Shown here: one piece after another, positions 38,474 through 46,740 of the stretch
How positions within the stretch are numbered: the first letter of the stretch is position 1
Layout: the number at the start of each line of letters is the position of its first letter
Assembly (NCBI GenBank): GCA_964549685.1
Contig: CAZJVE010000002.1
Location: 64,001-128,000 of the forward strand
DNA: 64,000 nucleotides
Direction: 5' to 3'
Source of the DNA: an uncultured archaeon
Lineage (GTDB): Archaea; Altiarchaeota; Altiarchaeia; IMC4; QMZM01
Notes under the pieces: generated by a model
Told to the model about the DNA's origin: nothing
Database searches by the model: none
The model's input: only the letters and a program-made list of their open reading frames with translations
Translations under genes and position numbers: made by a program

Positions 38474-38995
38474 ATGGATTTGGGAATCATCTACAGCAAC
38501 ATGGACCTCGTGATGAAGATAGTTTACAGCGTTCTGGTCCTCATAGGCGCGAAGTTTGTGATAATCCTGCTGAGGCCGACCATGAGGAAGCTTGACGGCC
38601 ATATCGGCGAGGTCGACCTCACGGAGAGCACGCACAAGCTGATAGAGAACGTAATCCACTACGGCATATATATGGCTGCGGTGGTCGTAATCCTCTACAT
38701 CTTCGGGCTTAAGGACGCCTTCTATGGGGTTCTTACCGGTGGAGCAGTATTCGGCTTCGCCATCGGCTACGCCGCCCAGGATATCGTCTCCAACATGCTC
38801 TCAGGGGTTATGATAGCCGTCGACAAGCCATTCAAGATAGGGGACAGGATAATGGCTGCCGGCATAACCGGAGTTGTGAAAGACATAACCCTCAGAACGA
38901 CCGAGATGAAGACCGATGACGGCGTTAAGGTCGTGGTCCCGAACTCTAACCTGCTAAAGAGTCCCATACACAACTACGGCAGGAAGAAGAAGTAA
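38474..38995 (+). CDS. mscS: Small-conductance mechanosensitive channel, short form
   Basis: GFAIGYAAQDIVSNMLSG, PFKIGDRI, GVVKDITLRTT and VPNS. Confidence 0.88.
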   Translation: MDLGIIYSNMDLVMKIVYSVLVLIGAKFVIILLRPTMRKLDGHIGEVDLTESTHKLIENVIHYGIYMAAVVVILYIFGLKDAFYGVLTGGAVFGFAIGYAAQDIVSNMLSGVMIAVDKPFKIGDRIMAAGITGVVKDITLRTTEMKTDDGVKVVVPNSNLLKSPIHNYGRKKK

Positions 38996-38996
38996 A

Positions 38997-40433
38997 ATGC
39001 AGGACAAGATATTGGACATCTCGAGGAGGAGGGGGATAATCTATCCCTCCTTTGAAATCTACGGCGGGCTTGCGGGATTCTACGACTATGGTCCTGTCGG
39101 AAAGAGAATAAAGGAGAACGTCGAGAACCTGATAAGAGAATTCTATGTCATTGACGAGGGCTTCATGGAGGTCGAGTGCCCTACTCTCTCGCCCGAAGAG
39201 GTGTGGGTTGCCTCCGGGCACGTGGAGAACTTCGCAGACCTGATGACGGAGTGCAAGAAGTGCGGCGCACCATACAGGGCGGACCACCTCGTGGAGGCGC
39301 ACCTCAAGAAGGCAGTCGACGGCCTCGGCATCAAGGAGCTTGAGACCCTGATAGAAAAGGAGAAAATCAGCTGTCCCAAATGCAGGGGCGAGCTTGACAA
39401 AGTTTATAACTATAATCTGATGTTCCAGACCTTCGTTGGCCCTGGCAAGGAGAAGAAGACCTCCTACCTCCGGCCTGAAACCGCGCAGACCACATACCTC
39501 GCCTTCAGGCGGCTCTGGGAAATCGGCAGGAAGAAGCTCCCCCTCGGAGTGCTGCAGATTGGCCGCTCGTTCAGGAACGAGATATCGCCGAGGCAGGGCG
39601 TTATAAGGTTGCGGGAGTTCAACCAGGCGGAGATTCAGATTTTCGTGGACCCCGATGAAAAGGACACCGAGGAATTCAAAAATGTTTCTAAGATAAAGGT
39701 TAGAATTCTCGACAAGAATGATAAAGAGTCCGATATGACTCTTGGCGATGCCGTCAAGAAGAAGATAATAGAGTCAAGGCTCATTGCATATCACCTGGGC
39801 AGGGCGCTGCAGCTGTTCGAGGCCATGGGGATAGACGGCAAGAGGCTGAAGCTCAGGCAGCATAGAGATGAGGAAAGGGCATTCTATTCGACCGATACCT
39901 GGGACGTTGAGTTCCAGTCCGAGCAGTTCGGCCGGGTCGAGCTTGTTGGAATATCGGACAGGACAGACTATGATTTGAAGGCACATCAGGACCTCAGCGG
40001 CCAGAGCATGGAGGTCAATCTGGAGGGCAAAAGATTCATACCCCACGTCATTGAGATAGCATACGGGGTCGACAGGCCGGTTTACTGCGCGGTTGAGTCA
40101 TGCTATGCCGAGGATGACAGGGGCGCATACTTCAAATTCCCAAGGAGAACGGCACCCTACCAGGTGGCAGTCTTCCCTCTTGTTAACAAGGACAAAATTC
40201 CCGAGAAAGCAAGAGAAATTTTCAATTCCCTGAAAAAGGCCAGGATATTCTCTCTTTACGATAGAGGGGGAAGCATAGGCCGAAGATACGCAAGAGCGGA
40301 CGAGATAGGAATCCCTGCCTGCATAACGGTAGATTATGATACTCTGGAGGACGATACGGTGACCGTCAGGGAAAGGGATTCCAAGAAGCAGGAGAGAGTA
40401 AAGATAGAGGAACTCTCTAAGCACATTTTATGA
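38997..40433 (+). CDS. glyS: Glycine--tRNA ligase (alpha2 type)
   Basis: YDYGPVG, LRPETAQ, FRNEISPRQG..RLREF and SIGRRYARADEIG. Confidence 0.96.
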   Translation: MQDKILDISRRRGIIYPSFEIYGGLAGFYDYGPVGKRIKENVENLIREFYVIDEGFMEVECPTLSPEEVWVASGHVENFADLMTECKKCGAPYRADHLVEAHLKKAVDGLGIKELETLIEKEKISCPKCRGELDKVYNYNLMFQTFVGPGKEKKTSYLRPETAQTTYLAFRRLWEIGRKKLPLGVLQIGRSFRNEISPRQGVIRLREFNQAEIQIFVDPDEKDTEEFKNVSKIKVRILDKNDKESDMTLGDAVKKKIIESRLIAYHLGRALQLFEAMGIDGKRLKLRQHRDEERAFYSTDTWDVEFQSEQFGRVELVGISDRTDYDLKAHQDLSGQSMEVNLEGKRFIPHVIEIAYGVDRPVYCAVESCYAEDDRGAYFKFPRRTAPYQVAVFPLVNKDKIPEKAREIFNSLKKARIFSLYDRGGSIGRRYARADEIGIPACITVDYDTLEDDTVTVRERDSKKQERVKIEELSKHIL

Positions 40434-41187
40434 AGATTTCGTCGTACAGGCTTTCCTGCTCGAGCTTCACTCGCTGGTTGTTTGACAGGTACAGCAGCGA
40501 AAGGAACAGGGATATCTTTTCCTCGAGGTTGCCGGCCATCTCCGAGAAGAGGGCCACGTCCTTTGTAGACAGGATGTCCCTCACCCTCTGGTAGGTCTCC
40601 TCTATCAGCTCGGTTATGTTGGCGGTAAGCGCGATTTCGAGCTCCTTCTTCCCGTTGCCGTTTCCGTTGCCTTCCTTCTTCAGCTTCTGCTTGAGAGTCT
40701 TTTCCTCCAGGACCCCCTGGATTGCGTTAATCAGCTCGACTGCGGTTACCCTTCTTTTCACAATCCTCTTTGGCTTGACGTGTATTGGAAGGCCGTCGTC
40801 GCCCTCAATCTCCCTCTTGAGCTTGTCTCCTGCAGAGGAAAAGGCCGAGGGGTCTAATTCACCGAACAGGTCGAAGTCCCCCTCAAGGAACTCGGGCATG
40901 AACTCGTCCATGCTTATCGGAATGTTGCCGACTATGTCGGCCTTCATTCGCAGGAGAACGGCGGTGACAATGACTACGTTAGCGGGAATCGTGAAGTTCA
41001 TGTCTTTCATCTGCTCGACCTTGGAGGCGTATTCGGTAGCAAGCTCGGATATGTCGATGTCCCAGGGGTCCATCTGGCCAATCACTTCATAGAGGGTGTC
41101 CTTCCAGAACGAGCTTTCCATCATTCCGTGCGGGAATGATGTTTTGTGAATCTCCTGATTTGCGATATTGGCGTCGGTCGCGACCAT
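40417..41187 (-). CDS. scpA: Segregation/condensation protein A (kleisin)
   Basis: MDPWDIDI, LLRMKA, RRVTAVEL and FLSLLYL...LEQESLYDEI. Confidence 0.88.
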   Translation of the reverse strand: MVATDANIANQEIHKTSFPHGMMESSFWKDTLYEVIGQMDPWDIDISELATEYASKVEQMKDMNFTIPANVVIVTAVLLRMKADIVGNIPISMDEFMPEFLEGDFDLFGELDPSAFSSAGDKLKREIEGDDGLPIHVKPKRIVKRRVTAVELINAIQGVLEEKTLKQKLKKEGNGNGNGKKELEIALTANITELIEETYQRVRDILSTKDVALFSEMAGNLEEKISLFLSLLYLSNNQRVKLEQESLYDEIFIKCA

Positions 41188-41229
41188 TTTGGTGGTATTA
41201 GTGATAAGGTCGATTCGGGTTTAAATACA

Positions 41230-41382
41230 TTACGGTTTTTCCTCGCTCAGGATAGCGATTACGTTCCTGCCCAGCCACTTCAGCGGGACGGTTATGTGTG
41301 CCCCGGTGCCGAACTCCTTGGCCTTCTTCTTGCGCACGTCGCTGATTCCTATGTCCACCCGGACGATATCACCCTTTCTCAT
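41230..41382 (-). CDS. DUF2080-family small protein (transposon-associated, AbrB-like)
   Basis: Missed by the ORF track. MRKGDIVRVDIGISDVRKKKAKEFGTGAHITVPLKWLGRNVIAILSEEKP has the FGxGAHIxVPxxWxG motif. Confidence 0.8.
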   Translation of the reverse strand: MRKGDIVRVDIGISDVRKKKAKEFGTGAHITVPLKWLGRNVIAILSEEKP

Positions 41383-41495
41383 TATATATATTTATATATA
41401 TCTAAGTATAAAAAGGTTTTGGTTTTTGCGGATTTGTACAAGAAGTGAATCCGAAAGGGATTAATACCTATGAGGCAAATACTTTAATGCTTAAA

Positions 41496-43706
41496 ATGAA
41501 GTACGGGCTCTTGATACTGCTGGTGGTGTTATCACAGGTTGCGGTGGTAGACTCGAATGTTATAATCAATGAAGTGATGTACAATCCGAACCAGTGCACC
41601 GACTCGTATTGTGAATGGATTGAGCTGTATAATCCCACCGCATCAGCCGTGGATGTGAGTGGATGGGGCCTGTCGGATGATACTGCGACTGACACATTAG
41701 AGGGAACCAACACAGTTATTCCCGCCTATGGGTATGCAATAATAACGGATAAAACGACCTACGTCTACAGCTACTTTAACGTTAATGCATCGGCTATCAG
41801 ACTCACCGTTGATGACGAGAGCATCGGCAACGGACTTGGTAACAGTGGCGAGAGCATAGGGATATCGTCAGGCAACTACTCCGATTCAATGACATATTAC
41901 GGTAATGAACTGGCAGGATATTCAACCGAAAAAATAGGGTCCAGCTGGACGGAGAGCGTCGCACTGGGCGGAACTCCAGGTTCGGCCAATGGGGCCGCAG
42001 CGACAACCACCTCCACGACAACAACCACAACGACATCGTCCACGACAACAACCAGCGTCCCAATCGCAGCCGTAATAATCAACGAAATAATGTATGACCC
42101 AAACCAGTGCAGCGATACATACTGTGAGTGGATAGAGCTCTACAACCCCACAGGCTCGTCGGTTAATATTTCCAACTGGACTATCTCAGATGACAGTGCA
42201 ACCGATACCCTGATGGGGACCACCATGGTCATCCCGGCCTATGGTTATGCCATAATCACGGACGTCACCAACAATGTCTACAGCAGCTTCAACGTTAGTG
42301 CATCCGCTATCCGGCTTACGGTGGATGATGAGAGCATCGGCAACGGATTAGGTAACACAATCGGAGAAACCATAACTCTGTCCTATAGTACGTATTCTGA
42401 CTCGGTAAGTTATTCCATAGGGGGTACACCGGGATATTCTGTCGAGAAAACAGGCTCTGGCTGGGCTCAGAGTGCCGTAGATGGCGGCACGCCGGGCAGC
42501 GCAAACAGCGGAACGACTACGACGACCACTACCACAACAACGACCGCTGCAAGCACGTCTACGACAACAGCCCCTGCTACGACGTCCACTACAACAAGCA
42601 CGTCTACGACGGTGACTGGTACGACCACCACGAGCACATCCACGACCGTAACCAGTACGACATCTACCACGAGCACGTCTACGACTGTGACTAGCACGAC
42701 ATCCACTACGAGCACATCCACGACAGTGACTGGTACAACAACCACGTCCACTACAAGCACGTCCACGACAGTAACTGGCACAACAACCACGTCCACTACG
42801 ACCACCACAACGACCAGCACGACCACAACGATATCCGGAGAGCTGGAGGTAACATCGGCACAGGCCTCCCTGGGCGAAACGGTTACAGTCGATATAAGGG
42901 TTAACAGCGCCCCCAATGAAGTTAGTGCATTTGGATTCGACTTAACATATGATGGAGACGTCCTCCTGTATCAGGCTTATTGGAACGGGAGCATTATCGA
43001 GGGCTATGATTACCTTGGCGTGAATGACATCTCACTAGATACGGTCAGGGTCGGCGCATTTACGACCCAGAACGCAATACAGGCCGGAGAATCCGGAAGC
43101 ATTTTGGAAGTGGACTTCACAGTCGTAGGCTGCTATAATATCTCACTTGGGCTGACAAACCTTGTGGATGATGTTTCCTCCTGGGAAGTAAGCAATGGGA
43201 CCTTTACCTGTACGGGGGCCGCTACAACGACTACCTCCACCACCACAACATCCTCAACAACCACGACACTGGATGGCGTGGTTGAATACATAGATATAGG
43301 GGACTCTGAATTCTTCCCCAATCCCATGCCCATAGTGTTGGGAAGGTATGTAAGATGGATCAACTTTGATGCAATCCCGCACCAGGTAATGATGGATTCG
43401 GGTCAGGGCATAGACTATACGAGTGCGGTATTATCCCAGTATCAGGAATCAACAGTCCTGCTGATAAATGATACAGGCACCTACACCTATCACTGTCACC
43501 TGCATCCTGAAATGACCGGCACAATCGAAGTCAACGCTGAAACCACGACCACCCTTGGAGAATGTCTTACCGGAGACCTCGACTGCGATGGAACAGTGGG
43601 TTTGGACGAGGTAGTGGACGTGATTACCCTTTGGACGGAGGGCCAGGCCCTTCTCAGCGAGGTAGTAGAGGCCATAACCAACTGGGAGGCGCAGGCGGGG
43701 GGCTAG
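41496..43706 (+). CDS. Secreted protein: two lamin-tail domains, Thr linker, cohesin-like domain, cupredoxin-like domain and dockerin-like tail
   Basis: VIINE[VI]MYxP...EWIELYN...GTPGSAN twice; LGETVTVDIRV...FGFDLTYD; PHQV...YTYHCHLHPEMTGTI type-1 Cu ligands; ends CLTGDLDCDGTVGLDEVVDVITLW...AITNW. Start chosen at MKYGLL; 41487 and 41445 are alternatives. Confidence 0.85.
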   Translation: MKYGLLILLVVLSQVAVVDSNVIINEVMYNPNQCTDSYCEWIELYNPTASAVDVSGWGLSDDTATDTLEGTNTVIPAYGYAIITDKTTYVYSYFNVNASAIRLTVDDESIGNGLGNSGESIGISSGNYSDSMTYYGNELAGYSTEKIGSSWTESVALGGTPGSANGAAATTTSTTTTTTTSSTTTTSVPIAAVIINEIMYDPNQCSDTYCEWIELYNPTGSSVNISNWTISDDSATDTLMGTTMVIPAYGYAIITDVTNNVYSSFNVSASAIRLTVDDESIGNGLGNTIGETITLSYSTYSDSVSYSIGGTPGYSVEKTGSGWAQSAVDGGTPGSANSGTTTTTTTTTTTAASTSTTTAPATTSTTTSTSTTVTGTTTTSTSTTVTSTTSTTSTSTTVTSTTSTTSTSTTVTGTTTTSTTSTSTTVTGTTTTSTTTTTTTSTTTTISGELEVTSAQASLGETVTVDIRVNSAPNEVSAFGFDLTYDGDVLLYQAYWNGSIIEGYDYLGVNDISLDTVRVGAFTTQNAIQAGESGSILEVDFTVVGCYNISLGLTNLVDDVSSWEVSNGTFTCTGAATTTTSTTTTSSTTTTLDGVVEYIDIGDSEFFPNPMPIVLGRYVRWINFDAIPHQVMMDSGQGIDYTSAVLSQYQESTVLLINDTGTYTYHCHLHPEMTGTIEVNAETTTTLGECLTGDLDCDGTVGLDEVVDVITLWTEGQALLSEVVEAITNWEAQAGG
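42510..42832 (+). repeat. Coding Thr/Ser tandem repeat (TTSTSTTVT[G/S]T)n
   Basis: Repeated agcacgtctacgac / agcacatccacgac units. Confidence 0.8.
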
Positions 43707-43725
43707 TTCTTGCGGGACGAAAACC

Positions 43726-45045
43726 CTATATGACCTTGTCTTCTCTCAGCACCGACAGCAGATTCAGCACCGAATAGGATGCCCGGGTTATGCCCATGCT
43801 CCTCTTCTCGGTGTCGGTGCCGACGAGATAGATGCCGTCAACCGGGGTTTTGATTCCCGTGAATTTTGTGTTGATTGTCCATGCTGCCTTCTCGGGCACA
43901 AGGATTTGGTAGTGTGTCATGTCCTCGCTCTTTTCAAGCCCCGGCTTTACGTCAAATATTGCAGCCAGCGCCCTTTTTTTCTCCTTCTCCGGCTTGTAGT
44001 TTTCGGGCAGCCTGAACGCGAAGCCGACGAGCTGCTTTCCTTTTGGAGCGAGAGAGGAGTCATAGTTTGATACGGGCACGGCCCAGGTGTAGGGATTGGA
44101 ATCCACCCATATCTCGGAACCGTCCCTCTTGAATGCCTGCTCGTTCAGGCCGAGCCATATTGTGAGGGCGTCCGCCCTGTGCGATTCCTTGAGGGAGCCC
44201 CCGTACTCTTTCGGAAGGTCTTTGATGATTCCCGGCAGCTCCGACGCAAACCCGGAGTAGATTACGGTCTCCGCGGAATACTCGGCCTTGTCGGTGAGAA
44301 TCTTCTTCTTCCCGCCTGAGCCCTCTATCTTCTTTACTTCCTCGTTAGTCTTAATCTCAACCTTCCCATCAGGCATCGACGACAGGACGGAATTCGTTAT
44401 GGACTGTATTCCTCCCCTGGGGTAGAACTGGTCCGTTGCGCCCTCCTTCATAAGGACGTTGTAGAGCTTGTCAAGGATGTTCTTGGAGCGGCTCTTGTAG
44501 TGTTCTGCATCGAGGAACCTGGCAACCGGGGTCTCCTTCATCGACGTCCCGGTCATGAAGTAGGACAGGCAGTTAAGGAACCTCGTGGTGGATTCGCTGA
44601 GGTTGTTCCCGATGAGGTCCCCAACGGACTTTTTGGACAGATCCTCCCCCGACTTGAAGAGATATGATATCGAGAATAGAGCGGATACAAGATGCAGCCT
44701 GTCAACCGGAGGGATTAAATCGAAGTTGAACCAGCCCTGCAGGTTCCAGGGGAATGGCTTTACTTTGTTGTTCAGCCTGACGTAATAGCGGCCGTGGGGA
44801 ACAAAATTCGGGACGACATCGAAATAGCTATCCATCAGCTCACGCAGCGGGCCGTTCTCAACCCTCGTTATTATGTGCGGCCCGGTATCCACTTGATAAC
44901 CGTCGACGTCATAGGACCTGCATACTCCTCCGATGTCGGGGCTCTTCTCAAGGACCAATACATTCCTTCCCTCCTTTGCCAATGCAAGCGAGGTCAAAAG
45001 CCCGCTGATTCCAGCGCCCACAACAACGATTCTGTCCTTATCCAT
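43726..45045 (-). CDS. FAD-dependent oxidoreductase (phytoene desaturase/amine oxidase-like)
   Basis: VVVGAGISGL, LEKSPDIGG and DTGPHII. Start reassigned to ATG 45045. Confidence 0.85.
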   Translation of the reverse strand: MDKDRIVVVGAGISGLLTSLALAKEGRNVLVLEKSPDIGGVCRSYDVDGYQVDTGPHIITRVENGPLRELMDSYFDVVPNFVPHGRYYVRLNNKVKPFPWNLQGWFNFDLIPPVDRLHLVSALFSISYLFKSGEDLSKKSVGDLIGNNLSESTTRFLNCLSYFMTGTSMKETPVARFLDAEHYKSRSKNILDKLYNVLMKEGATDQFYPRGGIQSITNSVLSSMPDGKVEIKTNEEVKKIEGSGGKKKILTDKAEYSAETVIYSGFASELPGIIKDLPKEYGGSLKESHRADALTIWLGLNEQAFKRDGSEIWVDSNPYTWAVPVSNYDSSLAPKGKQLVGFAFRLPENYKPEKEKKRALAAIFDVKPGLEKSEDMTHYQILVPEKAAWTINTKFTGIKTPVDGIYLVGTDTEKRSMGITRASYSVLNLLSVLREDKVI

Positions 45046-45046
45046 C

Positions 45047-46015
45047 TTACAACACAAAGGAAATCGCAATAACACCAAAGAGGAATTCTATCAGGATGAG
45101 AATCAAAACGAGGTCCTTCTCAGTAACCCCGCCGGTCAGCTTCATTATCCACTGGCAGAGGCTTACCGGCCTCTCCGGACTGAAGAGCTTACCGTCCCTG
45201 TACCGGCCCCACCAGCCCTTGCTCGGGAACCCGTTCTTCGCCTTTATGAAAAAGTCTATGATGTAGGGGAGCAGGACTATGGTCCCGAGGGTCTCGAAAT
45301 TTCCTATTATTACCGCGGATGCGATTACTGCGCCAACCGTCAGGGTCCCTATGTCACCTATCAGAACCCTTGAGGGATACCAGTTGAAGAACAGGAACGC
45401 GGCAAGTGCGCCGCACATGGACAGCAGCAGAATCAGGGCCTCGTCGCTGCCGAGCCGGAAGGCGACAAAGGCGAGAGAGAGGCAGGCAACCAGGCCCATC
45501 CCCGCCTCCGAGCCGTTGAAGCCCGCCAGCATGTTAGTGACATTGGACGCCCCCGCAATCCCGATGGGGATGAGAATCAGCGCATAGAAGATTCCGAATT
45601 CCACCGGGCCTATGAACGGGAACGTCATCGTTGTGACCCCCGCCTTTACGGCCGCCAGGGGGAGTGCCGCAAAGAGCGGCAGGACAGCCTTTATGCCCTG
45701 GTGCATCGCAAACAGATCGTCGAATATCCCGACCAGGGCCATGAGCAGTATCGTCGATAATGCAGCCAGAAGATACGCCAGCTTGAAGCCATTGCCAAAC
45801 GCATGAAACGAGGTAAAGAGCGCAACGGCAATAAGAATCCCGGCAGTCAGCCCGAATACTATGCCGAACCCGCCCATCTCCGGAACCTCTGGTTGAGATG
45901 GTTTGTTCACATCCTTTCCCACCAGACCGGCCCTCCGCAGCTTCGGTATTATCCAGGGCGTCGAGACGAACGTCACGAGGAATGATGCCAGAAGAACCGG
46001 CAGGAATTCATACAT
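45047..46015 (-). CDS. Polyprenyl-phosphate GlcNAc-1-phosphate transferase (GT4/AglH/MraY-like)
   Basis: GKDVNK..VPEMGG, GIFDD, NMLAGFNGSE and NWYPSRVLIGDIG. Confidence 0.88.
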   Translation of the reverse strand: MYEFLPVLLASFLVTFVSTPWIIPKLRRAGLVGKDVNKPSQPEVPEMGGFGIVFGLTAGILIAVALFTSFHAFGNGFKLAYLLAALSTILLMALVGIFDDLFAMHQGIKAVLPLFAALPLAAVKAGVTTMTFPFIGPVEFGIFYALILIPIGIAGASNVTNMLAGFNGSEAGMGLVACLSLAFVAFRLGSDEALILLLSMCGALAAFLFFNWYPSRVLIGDIGTLTVGAVIASAVIIGNFETLGTIVLLPYIIDFFIKAKNGFPSKGWWGRYRDGKLFSPERPVSLCQWIMKLTGGVTEKDLVLILILIEFLFGVIAISFVL

Positions 46016-46063
46016 CTTGAAATTACATATTAATTTCTAATACTAAATAATAGGTATCTCCAT

Positions 46064-46188
46064 GCGACCATAGTGTAGTCTGGCTATCACTCTGGCTTGC
46101 CAACAGCCCTTTTCCGCCTTCGGCGCAAAAGCGTTGACGGAAAAACGGCAAACAGCCAGTGACTCGGGTTCAAATCCCGGTGGTCGCA
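46064..46188 (+). tRNA. tRNA-Gly(GCC) with a 51-nt intron at position 37/38 (46103-46153)
   Basis: GCGACCA...CTGGC-TT-GCC-A[intron]A-GCCAG...GGTTCAAATCC...TGGTCGC-A. Exon TTGC pairs with intron GCAA as the BHB central helix; mature length 74 nt. Confidence 0.92.
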
Positions 46189-46226
46189 AACTATTGTTTC
46201 AGTCTTGAATTCACCAGCAGAATTTC

Positions 46227-46523
46227 CTAGCGTCTAGACTTCTCGCTTTTCCTGCCCTCTTCCATCGCCCAGCGCTTTGCCTCAATCATGGCTTCCTCTG
46301 CAGTCGGGAAGTCCTTCAGCTTCACGTTCCAGCAGCCCTTCTTCCTGTACCTGTTCGATTTGTTGCATGCCCTGCAGCGGAACATTATCTCTCCCTGCGT
46401 GACCTGTATCCTGCCGCAGTGCCCGCACATCGCTGTCTTGTAGGGCAGTAGTTTCTTATCCGGCGCTGCTTTTTTCTTACCTGCAAATACCATGCCCATG
46501 ATGGTTGATGGTTCGTCGGTCAT
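46227..46523 (-). CDS. Small Zn-ribbon protein (DUF1922-like)
   Basis: CGHCG...FRCRACNK. Start reassigned to ATG 46523. Confidence 0.65.
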   Translation of the reverse strand: MTDEPSTIMGMVFAGKKKAAPDKKLLPYKTAMCGHCGRIQVTQGEIMFRCRACNKSNRYRKKGCWNVKLKDFPTAEEAMIEAKRWAMEEGRKSEKSRR

Positions 46524-46648
46524 TTTTTGCTCACGGCAATGACGTGGGCCCTCATCGTGCCCCCGCAGGGGCATTTCTTCTCGACAAATGAGGGATTATC
46601 TATATCCTCCGTAAATCCACACTCTTGGCACTCGAACTTGAATTTCAC
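46520..46648 (-). CDS. 42-aa CxxC...CPC Zn-ribbon microprotein
   Basis: Missed by the ORF track. GTG start; MKFKFECQECGFTEDIDNPSFVEKKCPCGGTMRAHVIAVSKK; its stop overlaps the next ATG (ATGA). Confidence 0.7.
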   Translation of the reverse strand: MKFKFECQECGFTEDIDNPSFVEKKCPCGGTMRAHVIAVSKK

Positions 46649-46740
46649 AATCAAAATACCCCCATTTGTTTCGTTTTATTATCTTATAATTAATAATTAT
46701 TAATAATTACAAAAGCAATAATCATTAATTGTTACAAGAG

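Noticed and set aside
46189-46700. Integrated element at tRNA-Gly
   Set aside because: No integrase, and I found no second copy of the tRNA-Gly 3' end.
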